This document shows, piece by piece, positions 18,837 through 28,719 of a DNA stretch of 64,000 bases. The stretch's first letter is position 1; each line of letters starts with the position of its first letter. Origin of the DNA: Ignavibacteriota bacterium (lineage in GTDB: Bacteria > Bacteroidota > Ignavibacteria > Tepidaquicellales > Tepidaquicellaceae). The stretch covers positions 19,655 to 83,654 of the forward strand of contig CAVVJW010000036.1 of the NCBI GenBank assembly GCA_963748665.1, read 5' to 3'. Below the pieces are notes generated by a model, which was not told the origin of the DNA, did no database searches, and was given only the letters and a program-made list of their open reading frames with translations. The translations under genes were made by a program, and so were the position numbers.

Positions 18837-19994
18837 ATGGAAATTACTAACTTTGTTTGGGGCGGACCTGTTCACAAATTGCAGCTTAGACTGAAACTGG
18901 AAAAAGAACCTGCGTCTGTCGTCAAAAGAAAAATAATATTCTTTTCATTATTTGCATGGATTCCTCTTTTATTAATATGCATTGTACAATCAACTGCCTG
19001 GAATCCTTCGCTTAAAATATCTCTGCTTACAGACTACGTGGTATGGGCAAGGTTTTTTGTGGCATTACCCATACTTTTTATGTCAGAAAGTTTAATTAAT
19101 CTGCACGTCGGAGATTCGCTCGCCCATTTCTTAAAATCCGGTATTATTGCCGAAAACAATATTTCAGAATATGAATCCCTTCTGACTAAACTGAATAAAA
19201 TCAAGGATTCAAAAATCACAGAAATAATAATTCTGATTTCAGCGTATGCAATTGTGCTTTTATTCTGGTGGAACGCAGACCAGAAAAAGTTTCTTTTAAC
19301 ATGGCTTTTTGACAGCAAAGGAGTAATGAACGCTGCAGGTTACTGGTATTATTTTGTGAGCGCTCCGCTATTTTCTTTCTTTCTGTACAGAATGTTATTT
19401 AAATTTTTTCTGTGGGTAGGATTCCTTTTTAAAATATCGAAAATGGATTTAAACCTGTATCCGACTGACCCTGATTTATGTGCAGGATTAAGATTCCTCG
19501 GGGTTGCGCAGATATTCTTTGGTTTGATCGGACTTGCACAAAGCTGCGTTGCTTCGGCAGAGATTGCAAAATGGATATTAACGAATAATTATCAATTATC
19601 CGACTATTATGTTATTATTGCCTCAAACATACTTGTATCCACTTTTTTGTTCTTCTCGCCCATACTTTTATTTATGGGAAAACTCAGCAGGACAAAATTA
19701 AAAGGCATGATGGATTACGGAGTAGTCGCACATAAATATATACGTTCGTTTGACAACAAATGGGTTAAAGGGAATAATCCGGATAAAGAACAAATACTCG
19801 GAACTTCAGATATTCAGTCACTTGCTGATCTGTTTAACAGTTATCAGGTTGTTGAGAAAATGAGATTGATTCCAATGGATATGTATCAGATAATATATTT
19901 AATACTGATTGTCGGTGTACCGTTTTTGCCATTGATAACATTTGTGATTCCATTAAATGAAATTTTCAAAATTCTTTTAGAACATTTCTTTTGA
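18837..19994 (+). CDS. Polytopic membrane protein, unknown function
   Basis: 385-aa ORF with several hydrophobic segments. No family recognised. Confidence 0.5.
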   Translation: MEITNFVWGGPVHKLQLRLKLEKEPASVVKRKIIFFSLFAWIPLLLICIVQSTAWNPSLKISLLTDYVVWARFFVALPILFMSESLINLHVGDSLAHFLKSGIIAENNISEYESLLTKLNKIKDSKITEIIILISAYAIVLLFWWNADQKKFLLTWLFDSKGVMNAAGYWYYFVSAPLFSFFLYRMLFKFFLWVGFLFKISKMDLNLYPTDPDLCAGLRFLGVAQIFFGLIGLAQSCVASAEIAKWILTNNYQLSDYYVIIASNILVSTFLFFSPILLFMGKLSRTKLKGMMDYGVVAHKYIRSFDNKWVKGNNPDKEQILGTSDIQSLADLFNSYQVVEKMRLIPMDMYQIIYLILIVGVPFLPLITFVIPLNEIFKILLEHFF

Positions 19995-20058
19995 TGTTTT
20001 TAATAGAATTGAATAATGAATGGAGCTTTACATTTATAGAAAATAAAATAGACATATT

Positions 20059-20427
20059 ATGATAATAGTCAGGTTCAAAATGATTATGAATCCTAAGAAC
20101 ATAACAGAACTTTTAAATGTCATTAGGAACATATCTCAGGACGTTCGGAAAGAAGAAGGGTGTATCGATAATTTTATTTTTCAGAGTCTTAACGATGAAA
20201 ACGAACTTATTATGATTGAATACTGGAAGACAAAGACCCTCTTGAATAAACACTGGAAGACAACAAACTTCAGTGCTTTACTGGGTTTTCAAAATCTCCT
20301 CAACCAACCGATGAACATAGAAATCAATAATGTTTCCGGAACTCTTGGTCTGGCGGAAATAGAAAAATCAAGAATCGGGAATAAAGCAAAGAGTTTTGAA
20401 AAAGGTCTTAAAGTTTACAAAGAATGA
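20059..20427 (+). CDS. ABM (antibiotic-biosynthesis-monooxygenase/Dabb-fold) domain protein, paralog 1
   Basis: 122 aa. EEGCIDNFIFQSLNDENELIMIEYWKTKTLLNKHWKTTNF fits the ABM pattern E.W.s...H..t..f. Confidence 0.55.
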   Translation: MIIVRFKMIMNPKNITELLNVIRNISQDVRKEEGCIDNFIFQSLNDENELIMIEYWKTKTLLNKHWKTTNFSALLGFQNLLNQPMNIEINNVSGTLGLAEIEKSRIGNKAKSFEKGLKVYKE

Positions 20428-21260
20428 AACTCGCCGCCCCAAGCAGTGTGGTATCTTGTTTATAAATTATCCTTTCGTAGCAAGCGGCGGGGAATTAAAC
20501 CCCATTGATTAACATTGAAAAGTTCTGATGCAGGGTTTTCCGCCAAGAAAGCATCAGAGATGACACAAAACATGTATCAGATTAAATATATTCTCTTTAA
20601 ATCTTTAAGAGAAATAACTAAAGCACTTACAATTGATGAAAATCAAATGAAATTGATAAAAAACGATAGACCAAAATTTCTAAAGTGTCCCAATGCATAA
20701 AACAAGAGAGACAGTGTAAAATACCACATTTTAGGAAGCAATATTAAAACTTACATTAGTATCAAAAAATAATAGATTCCCGCCAGGGGCTTTTTCACAA
20801 ATACTAAGAAGGACTGAATAAAAAATACAATTAACGAATAGTGACTAATTTGTCATAAAATGAGGGATAAAATTAAAATTAATTAGAAGCCAATTACGAT
20901 ATTGCAGCTAAATGACAATTTTAAATCTTATATAATTTTACAATACATTCGCATAAGCGGACGGTATATCTTTATAATCAGGAACTTAACTCACGGGATA
21001 CCGTGTCATTCCACGAAATATAGAAATGATTTCGTTTTTATTCAAACCAAATAAAACAAATAATAAGTGTTTTAACATAATTTTATTAAATTAGCGCTTT
21101 TCTTTTTCTACAATTATTGGTACAGATATTGCTTATATAATTGAATATTAATTAATCATTTATATTCATTAAATTTCGAATATGGAAATGAAAACTAAAA
21201 CAGAAAAGTCAGTGTATGTCTTTTATAATTTTTGATTTCTAATTTTCAACAAACAAAATT

Positions 21261-21653
21261 ATGATTATTGTAAAGTTTAATATGCTGATGAATCCGAAGA
21301 ACAGTAATGAAATTTTAAATGCTGTTAAGATTATTTCACAAAGTGTACAAATTGAGGAAGGGTGTATTGATATTTTTACATTCCGGAGTTTTGATAATGA
21401 AAATGAACTAATAATTATTGAATACTGGAAATCAATGTCTCTTTTAAAGAAACACTGGAAAACGTCTAACTTCGGTGCTTTACTGGGAATACAGAGTCTT
21501 CTGAGCCTCCCGATTAAAGTTGAAATCAACAAAGTAACAAGATCACTTGGTCTGAAAGAAGTTGAAAAAGTAAGAACAGATAAAAAAACAGGTGGAATTG
21601 AAAAAGGTCTTACGATTACGAATACTAAGAAAACGGTGATTCCAAATAAATGA
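21261..21653 (+). CDS. ABM-domain protein, paralog 2
   Basis: 130 aa. Collinear with 20059-20427 (EEGCIDIFTFRSFDNENELIIIEYWKSMSLLKKHWKTSNF). Confidence 0.55.
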   Translation: MIIVKFNMLMNPKNSNEILNAVKIISQSVQIEEGCIDIFTFRSFDNENELIIIEYWKSMSLLKKHWKTSNFGALLGIQSLLSLPIKVEINKVTRSLGLKEVEKVRTDKKTGGIEKGLTITNTKKTVIPNK

Positions 21654-21843
21654 ATAAAGTAAAATCAGGATAATACTTTTTATAAACATTGACGGCAAGT
21701 GAGTAATCTGCATTTGCAAAAAATGTTCGGACGAATATGTACAGTGAACAATAGTGAATTTTATAACATTTTATAGTAAAAATTTTTAACTTATAAAAAC
21801 AAAATATTATGAATATATTTTGCAAACATATTATTAAAATAAA

Positions 21844-23049
21844 ATGAAAACCCTGCTCAGAAGTTTTTTTATAGCGGTTTTGTCTCTGGTGTTTATTGCG
21901 AATTTTAGTTTTGCACAAGGTGAACTTGACAGCAATAAAACAAAAAACCGAAAAGATACTACGGTATCTAAAAAAGAAGATAAGAAAATATTGGTAAGCG
22001 CTAAAGAGGAAGATAAACTTGATACGACTGCGTTCAAAGTAAACGAATTAAAAGTAATAGGATATCCCTATGCATTCTACACTCCTGAAACACAACTTGC
22101 ATTTGGATTGGGCGGAATGATATATTTCAGAACAGCCTTACAGCCCGCACAAAAACCCTCTAAAATTACAATTGCAGGGTATTATACAACGAATAATCAG
22201 TATCTGATATCGCTTAAGCCAAGGCTTTATTTTCCCGGGAAAAAAAGAACTTATTTTGAGTCGGATTTTTCTTATTCATACGATGTAATGAAATTCTACG
22301 GAACAGGAAACTCCACACCGGACATAGACAGTGCAAGTTATAAATCATCTTCGTTCGGTATATACGTCGAAACACAAGCAAAAGGTTTTCTGGTAGATGC
22401 ATTACAGGTTGGGCTTGTATTTGATTACGTTAACGTTGTAATGGAAGATAAAATGGGAAATCCAAACCTCTATGACAGCACAACCGTTGGAATAAACGGC
22501 GGTAAGGTAGGAGGCATAGGGGTAAGCTGGTCTTATGATAACAGAGATAACATATCATATCCTTCTTCGGGAGGGCTGCACAAAGTATCAGGATTATTTT
22601 ACGGGAAATTACTTGCCAGTGATTACACTTATAACAGGTACAGATTTGACTTCAGGCAGTATGTAGCGCCGTACAAAGATCATATACTTGCATTTAATTT
22701 ATACACTGACTTAAGTACGGGCTCGCCGCCATTTTACTTTATGCCTGCACTCGGAGGTTCCGCAAGAATGAGGGGCTGGTTCGAAGGCAGATTCCGTGAA
22801 AAGAACTATATTACCTGGCAGGCAGAATACAGAAAAATACTTTTCTGGAGGATAGGTATTGCAGCATTTTATGCCACAGGAGACGTGTTTAAGAATTTCA
22901 GTAATTTAAAGTTTAATGAGTTGAAGCAGTCGTACGGATTCGGATTACGGTTTGTCTTTGACCCAAAGGAGAAAATAAATCTCCGTGTTGACTTCGCAAA
23001 GACCAAAGAAGGAAGCGGAGTATATTTTTCAATGGACGAAGCGTTTTAG
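21844..23049 (+). CDS. Omp85/bacterial surface antigen (D15) family outer-membrane protein
   Basis: 401 aa. Signal peptide, beta-strand alternation, and a C-terminal ...VDFAKTKEGSGVYFSMDEAF. Confidence 0.6.
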   Translation: MKTLLRSFFIAVLSLVFIANFSFAQGELDSNKTKNRKDTTVSKKEDKKILVSAKEEDKLDTTAFKVNELKVIGYPYAFYTPETQLAFGLGGMIYFRTALQPAQKPSKITIAGYYTTNNQYLISLKPRLYFPGKKRTYFESDFSYSYDVMKFYGTGNSTPDIDSASYKSSSFGIYVETQAKGFLVDALQVGLVFDYVNVVMEDKMGNPNLYDSTTVGINGGKVGGIGVSWSYDNRDNISYPSSGGLHKVSGLFYGKLLASDYTYNRYRFDFRQYVAPYKDHILAFNLYTDLSTGSPPFYFMPALGGSARMRGWFEGRFREKNYITWQAEYRKILFWRIGIAAFYATGDVFKNFSNLKFNELKQSYGFGLRFVFDPKEKINLRVDFAKTKEGSGVYFSMDEAF

Positions 23050-23056
23050 GAGAGTT

Positions 23057-23336
23057 TAAGAAGTCAGAAGTCAGAAGTCAGAAGTCGGAATTTAGAAGTC
23101 AGAATTTAGAAGTCAGAAGAGAGAAAAAATATTGAGACACGAATTTCAGGAATCAGAAGTCAGAAGTTAGAAGAGAGAAAAATATTGAGACACGAATTTA
23201 CACGAATCAGAAGCCAGAAGTCAGAATTTAGAAGAGAGAAAAATATTGAGACACGAATTTCACGAATCAGAAGTTAGAAGTCAGAGAGAGAAAAATACTG
23301 AGACACGAATTTCACGAATCAGAAGTCAGAAGTTAA
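23057..23336. repeat. Tandem repeat array: AGAAGTC heptads plus four units of 52-61 bp
   Basis: Heptads (aagtcag x4) at 23060-23090. The unit agaagagagaaaaatattgagacacgaatttcacgaatcagaagtcagaag recurs, with gagacac at 23134, 23187, 23248 and 23300. Confidence 0.85.
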
Positions 23337-23338
23337 GG

Positions 23339-23462
23339 ATTAAATGTATAAATAAATGAAATATCTTTTAAATTATTCAGAAAGGAAATTTAAATATGAA
23401 ATTAAATGTATATATTAATGAAATATCTTTTAAATTATTCAGAAAGGAAATTTTAATATGAA
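23339..23462 (+). repeat. 62-bp tandem duplication of the sulfatase RBS/start region
   Basis: 23339-23400 and 23401-23462 are near-identical (attaaatgtata.ata.atgaaatatcttttaaattattcagaaaggaaattt.aatatgaa). Each copy carries an ATG (23396 and 23458). Confidence 0.85.
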
Positions 23463-25830
23463 GCAGAAAAAAGAATTAAACCGTGAAGTTCTTCCGATAC
23501 CGGATAAAGCTTATAAAGGTCTTATCACGTATGATGCAAAAGACCCTGATATGAAATTTCCGCCTATTGAACAACTGCGCCCGCCAGATGGTGCGCCTAA
23601 CGTTCTTGTCGTACTTATCGATGATGCAGGATTCGGTTCTACGAGTGCATTCGGAGGTCCCTGCCATACACCAAATGCAGAAAAACTTGCAGCAGAAGGT
23701 CTGAAATATAATCGTTTTCATACAACTGCTTTATGTTCTCCTACAAGACAGGCACTATTAACGGGACGCAATCACCATTCAGCAGGAATGGGCGGTATTA
23801 CGGAAATTGCAACAGGTGCACCGGGTTACTGTTCAGTTCTGCCTAATACTATGTCCCCGCTTGCACAAACACTTAAACTTAATGGTTATTCAACTGCACA
23901 ATTCGGTAAGTGCCACGAGGTACCTGTGTGGCAAACAAGCCCTGCGGGTCCGTTTAATCAATGGCCTACAGGCGGCGGCGGTTTTGAATACTTCTACGGA
24001 TTTATAGGCGGAGAAGCAAATCAATGGTACCCGTCACTTTTCGAAGGTACAACCCCTGTTGAACCTGAAAAGACACCTGAGGAAGGTTATCATCTTATGG
24101 AAGATATGACAGACAAAACACTGGCATGGATTGGACAACAGAAGGCGCTTGCCCCTGATAAACCATTCTTTATTTATTTTGCTCCGGGTGCTACACATGC
24201 CCCGCATCACGTTCCGAAAGAATGGGCAGATAAATACAAAGGTAAGTTTGATGCAGGATGGGATAAACTTACGGGAAGAGACATTTGCACGTCAGAAAAA
24301 ACTCGGCGTTATTCCAAAAGACTGCGAACTAACTGCACGTCATAAAGAAATTCCTTCGTGGGACGAAATGCCCGAAGCATTCAAACCAGTGCTGCGCAGA
24401 CAAATGGAAGTCTATGCCGGTTTTATGGAATACACTGACCATCACGTGGGACGCTTGTTCGATTTCATAAGCAAACTCGGTATTATGGAAAACACTCTTA
24501 TTTATTATATAATCGGTGATAACGGTGCATCTGCAGAAGGTTCTATTAATGGCTGTTTTAACGAAATGAGTTATTTCAACGGACTGCAGTCTTTCGAAAC
24601 ACCTGAATATTTAACGGAGAGAATAGATAAACTTGGCGGACCGGAATCATACAACCACTATGCAGTAGGCTGGGCTCACGCAATGAACACTCCTTATCCA
24701 ATGGACTAAACAGGTTGCTTCTCACTGGGGCGGAACACGCAACGGTACTATCGTTCACTGGCCAAAAGGAATTAAGTCAAAGGGTGAGATTACGCTCACA
24801 GTTCTCTCACGTAATCGACGTGGCTCCAACGATACTTGAAGCTGCAGGATTACCTGAACCGCATTCCGTAAACGGTGTTCAGCAAAAACCTCTTGAAGGT
24901 GCAAGCATGCTTTATTCTTTTGACGATGCAAAAGCAGCAGAGCAGCACGAGACTCAATATTTTGAAATGTTCGGCAACCGCGGCATATACCACAAAGGCT
25001 GGACTGCCGTAACGAAACACGTTACACCATGGATTCAGGCACCGAGTATTCCGCTTGACGACGACGTATGGGAACTTTACGATACAACAAAAGACTGGAG
25101 CCAGGCAAAAGACCTTTCAAAGGAAATGCCTGAGAAGCTTCACGAACTTCAGCGCCTGTGGATCATAGAAGCAACCCGCTATAATGTGCTTCCAATAGAC
25201 GACAGAATATTTGAGAAATTAAATCCCGATACGGCAGGCAGACCTGTACTTATAAAAGGAAATACACAGCTCCTTTTTGGCGGTATGGGGCGTTTATCCG
25301 AGAATTGCATTCTTAATCTGAAAAATAAATCACATTCAGTAACTGCTGAAATCGTAGTTCCAGAAGGCGGAGCCGAAGGAGTTATTATTGCTCAGGGTGC
25401 AGATATTGGCGGCTGGAGTTTATACGCAAAAGGCGGTAAACTCAAGTACTGTTATAATTGGGGCGGACTAAAACACTTTTATGTTGAAGGAACAACTCCA
25501 ATTCCTGCGGGTGAACATCAGGTGCGTATGGAATTTGAATATGCAGGCGGTGGTTTGGGCAAGGGTGGAAAAGTTACACTGTTCACTGACGGCAAGAAAG
25601 TCGGCGAAGGTAAGATTGCTGCTACATTAGCAATGATATTTTCAGCCGATGACGGATGCGATGTTGGGAAAGATACCGGTTCTCCTGTTTCTGATGATTA
25701 TGGCTCGAAAGGGAACCACTTCAACGGAAAGGTTAAAGGAATACAACTTGCTATAGCAGATTCAGCAATAGATGAAGATCATTTAATTAATCCTGAAGAT
25801 GCCATAAGAATGGCAATTGCAAGACAATAA
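23458..25830 (+). pseudogene. Cys-type (formylglycine) arylsulfatase 1, about 790 aa, three frame breaks as assembled
   Basis: ORFs 23458-24345, 24131-24709 and 24715-25830 plus a bridging frame (QWTKQVASHWGGTRNGTIVHWPKGIKSKGEI). Contains LIDDAGFG and CSPTRQALLTGRNHH. Breaks at about 24271, 24700 and 24792. Confidence 0.85.
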
Positions 25831-25840
25831 AAAAATAACA

Positions 25841-25878
25841 AACTGACGGTCAGTTATTTATTTTAACTGCCGTCAGTT
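25841..25878 (+). terminator. Long hairpin after sulfatase 1
   Basis: aactgacggtcagtt (25841-25855) pairs with aactgccgtcagtt (25865-25878). There is no clean T-tract. Confidence 0.5.
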
Positions 25879-25925
25879 ATATAAATCACAAAAGAATATT
25901 TATTAAAATTTAAAATTTACTAAAA

Positions 25926-26774
25926 ATGAAAAGTACAATTATTTTAATCCTGGTTGTTTTTTTTACAACGAGTGCTTTTGCACAATGGGATGATTCAAAA
26001 TTATCTGTGACGGAAAAACCAACGAACAGGTTGAGTCAGGTCATAGAAAAACAGGCAAATACTCCTGACAAAACTGCACCAAAGGAAAGAGATTTTACTT
26101 TTGCGGTTAATCCGAATTTCTGGACAATAGCAATAGGCGGACAAGTAGGTCTTCCAAACACAGAGTTATATAATTTCAACCTGAAATTTACCGATGCAAT
26201 AGGAGACCTGAAAATGGCTGCAATGCTTGCGGGCAGGTTTAAGTATAAATCAGTAAGTTTGTTATACGATATGGCATACGTTAATTTAAGCCCGAGCCTT
26301 TCTATCCCCATTTCTCAATCAGGAAGATACATAAATGGTACTTCACAGTTTAAAGAATTTGTTGGTGATTTCACAATAGGTTACAGAGTCCCGGTTCCGG
26401 ATAAGAATGTACAACTTGATGTGTATGGAGGAACAAGAGTATGGTCAATAGACAGAACACTTAACTTAACGTCAACGGGCGGACTTGAAAGCACATATAA
26501 TCAAAGTAATACCTGGGTAGATCCTGTTTTTGGTGTGTTAGCGAATATCGATTTTGCAAAAAACTGGTTTACATACGTGAAAGGAGATCTGGGCGGATTT
26601 GGAGCAGGGTCTGAATTTACTACTATGTTTTTGATGGGTGCCGGCTACAGGTTTGATGAACACTGGAATACATCTTTAGGACTGAAAAGCCTTTATGTAA
26701 ATTATATAAAAGAGAACAGCACCTGGATTGTATCACAAACAGGGCTTTTATTGAGCGTAGGTTACAGATTATAA
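25926..26774 (+). CDS. Outer-membrane beta-barrel protein, unknown family
   Basis: 282 aa. Signal peptide MKSTIILILVVFFTTSAFAQ, alternating strands, and an aromatic-rich C-terminus ...LLLSVGYRL. Confidence 0.5.
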   Translation: MKSTIILILVVFFTTSAFAQWDDSKLSVTEKPTNRLSQVIEKQANTPDKTAPKERDFTFAVNPNFWTIAIGGQVGLPNTELYNFNLKFTDAIGDLKMAAMLAGRFKYKSVSLLYDMAYVNLSPSLSIPISQSGRYINGTSQFKEFVGDFTIGYRVPVPDKNVQLDVYGGTRVWSIDRTLNLTSTGGLESTYNQSNTWVDPVFGVLANIDFAKNWFTYVKGDLGGFGAGSEFTTMFLMGAGYRFDEHWNTSLGLKSLYVNYIKENSTWIVSQTGLLLSVGYRL

Positions 26775-26796
26775 GTTATAGAGAAAACGAATTAAG

Positions 26797-26830
26797 CCCT
26801 CAGCAGATAAAGAGATTTTCTGAGGGTTTT
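26797..26830 (+). terminator. Rho-independent-type terminator
   Basis: ccctcag (26797-26803) / ctgaggg (26820-26826) followed by tttt. Confidence 0.65.
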
Positions 26831-26905
26831 ATAATAGCAAATTTATAACGTATAGTAACCACTTAGATTTAATTTATAAACAAACAAAAAATAACAATTA
26901 AAATT

Positions 26906-27691
26906 ATGTTGGAAAATTCGTTATACATACTTAATATCTGGCAGATATGTGGTCTTTTCTTTCTCGGAATATTATTTTTCGCATACCTTGGATATAAAAC
27001 TGATAGTAGATCTTTAAACAGGGAAAAAGATGGTAACGGATTTGAGTCTGCAAAGACAGGGCTAATAACCTTGCTTTCACTTATAATGGGTTTCACTTTC
27101 GGAATGTCGGGCGAAAGATATCTGGATTATAAAAAGTCGATGATAGAAGAGGTTAACTGTATATACGGAGCCGCATTGAAATCGGACCTTTATCCGGAAC
27201 CTTACCGCTCGGAACTGAAAAAATATTTTTCCGAATATACTGAGGCAAGAATAAATTTTTACGATGCGGGAACTGACTTAGAAAAACTTAGTGAATCAAA
27301 AAGAATTTCTGCCTATGCCTGGAGAAAAATCTGGGGGCTTACATCCGGTCTTATACAGGACCCTAAATTTGAAACTACAAATATACTGATGATTCCATCG
27401 CTTAAGTTAATGTATGATGCAGCAATCACAAGGGAAGCGACACTCAGGTCGAAGGTCCCGATATGGACTCTACTGGTCATTGTTATAATTACAATCCTTG
27501 CTATTTATATTACAGGTTACGGCTGTAATAGTTTACGCAAAAAAGAAATTATATATATTCTGTCTTTTGCTGTATCTATAACACTTGTTACTTTTATAAT
27601 TCTTGACCTTGACAGACCGGACAGCGGGTTGATAAAACCAAGTGTAGAGCAGGATGCAATGATAGAACTCAGAAAAATTTTTATCGAGTAA
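26906..27691 (+). CDS. DUF4239-like membrane protein, paralog 1
   Basis: 261 aa. N- and C-terminal TM segments flank a helical region (GERYLDYKKSMIEEVNCIYGAALKSDLYPEPYRSELKKYFSEYTEARINFY). Collinear with 61379-62179. Confidence 0.5.
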   Translation: MLENSLYILNIWQICGLFFLGILFFAYLGYKTDSRSLNREKDGNGFESAKTGLITLLSLIMGFTFGMSGERYLDYKKSMIEEVNCIYGAALKSDLYPEPYRSELKKYFSEYTEARINFYDAGTDLEKLSESKRISAYAWRKIWGLTSGLIQDPKFETTNILMIPSLKLMYDAAITREATLRSKVPIWTLLVIVIITILAIYITGYGCNSLRKKEIIYILSFAVSITLVTFIILDLDRPDSGLIKPSVEQDAMIELRKIFIE

Positions 27692-27838
27692 AATCTATAA
27701 AATATGGTTTAATTGATTCTATAACTTTTATCAAATACTCAGATGTACTAACAATATGAGAAGGGACAAAACCAAAATGAGTAAAGCGGCTATTTCAATA
27801 TTGACATAAAGTAAAAAATAAAATCTAAAAAATTAAAC

Positions 27839-28681
27839 ATGGAAAATTCATTAAGAAATTTTCAGGGAAAGTCTTATAAGGGACAAAACCTTGCCAATAA
27901 TGATTTCAGTGGAACCGATATCCGTGGTGCAGATTTTACCGGTGCTGTACTTATAAATGCGAATTTTTCTAAATGCAGAACCGGACTAAAAACTTCTTCA
28001 GCAGTTATGGTGTTTATTTTTGCATTATTATTATCTCTTCTTTCCGGTTACATCGCTATGATTGCTGGTGCAACTTTTCAAGTTCTAATCAAATCACCTG
28101 ACCCTAATCTTGTCATTGCAGGATATATTTTGCCCGGTTTGATACTGTTTTTTATAATAATGGCAATATGGAAGGGGGGTAAATTAACCTTTTTAGTAAT
28201 AACCATTACAATTGTTGTGATTCTTTTATTAGGGAATCTTTTCCTTATGACAGGTACCGGAACGGGATTGGGTTCAACATATGGCTCTATGGTACTGATT
28301 CTTTTTGTGGTAATGTTGACTGTGGGAACTATTGCCAGAGCTACAGCAGGAACACTTTCCTCTAATATTATCTTCCTGATTGTAGCAATTGGAGGCGGTA
28401 TGTTTGGTAAAAGCGTTGGAGGTGGTATAGGTACTGTTGTTGTTGCAATTGCTTGTGCCATCATCAGCAAACGTGCTTTGGCAGATAAGAAAAAATTTCC
28501 ATGGCTGAATAAAATTGCTGTGTCTGTGGGTTTATATTTTGGAACTTCCTTTAAAGGAGCAGACCTTACAGGTGCAGATTTTTCAGATTCGACGATTAAT
28601 AATACAAACTTTACAGGTGCAAAACTTTCAGGAGTAAAATGGGAAAATTCAAAAAAAACATTTAATCTTGAAGATGTATAA
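27839..28681 (+). CDS. Pentapeptide-repeat protein with a central polytopic membrane segment
   Basis: NLANNDFSGTDIRGADFTGAVLINANFS at the N-terminus and FKGADLTGADFSDSTINNTNFTGAKLSG at the C-terminus flank about 5 TM helices. Confidence 0.7.
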   Translation: MENSLRNFQGKSYKGQNLANNDFSGTDIRGADFTGAVLINANFSKCRTGLKTSSAVMVFIFALLLSLLSGYIAMIAGATFQVLIKSPDPNLVIAGYILPGLILFFIIMAIWKGGKLTFLVITITIVVILLLGNLFLMTGTGTGLGSTYGSMVLILFVVMLTVGTIARATAGTLSSNIIFLIVAIGGGMFGKSVGGGIGTVVVAIACAIISKRALADKKKFPWLNKIAVSVGLYFGTSFKGADLTGADFSDSTINNTNFTGAKLSGVKWENSKKTFNLEDV

Positions 28682-28719
28682 ATTTAATTTTTATTAAACC
28701 ATATAAAAGATTTTATAAT

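Noticed and set aside
20432-20480. cgccgc...gcggcg inverted repeat after ABM paralog 1, considered as a terminator or structured RNA.
   Set aside because: It has only a 6-bp stem with a loop of about 37 nt and no T-tract, so it is too weak to call.
20515-20700. 61-aa ORF in the long intergenic gap.
   Set aside because: It uses a TTG-type start, has no RBS-like purine tract, low-complexity content and no motif.
23057-23336. Possible CRISPR array, both here and at 30119-30585.
   Set aside because: The repeat units abut one another with no unique spacers. Unit lengths are irregular (52-61, 94 and 107-135 bp). No cas genes are present in the window.
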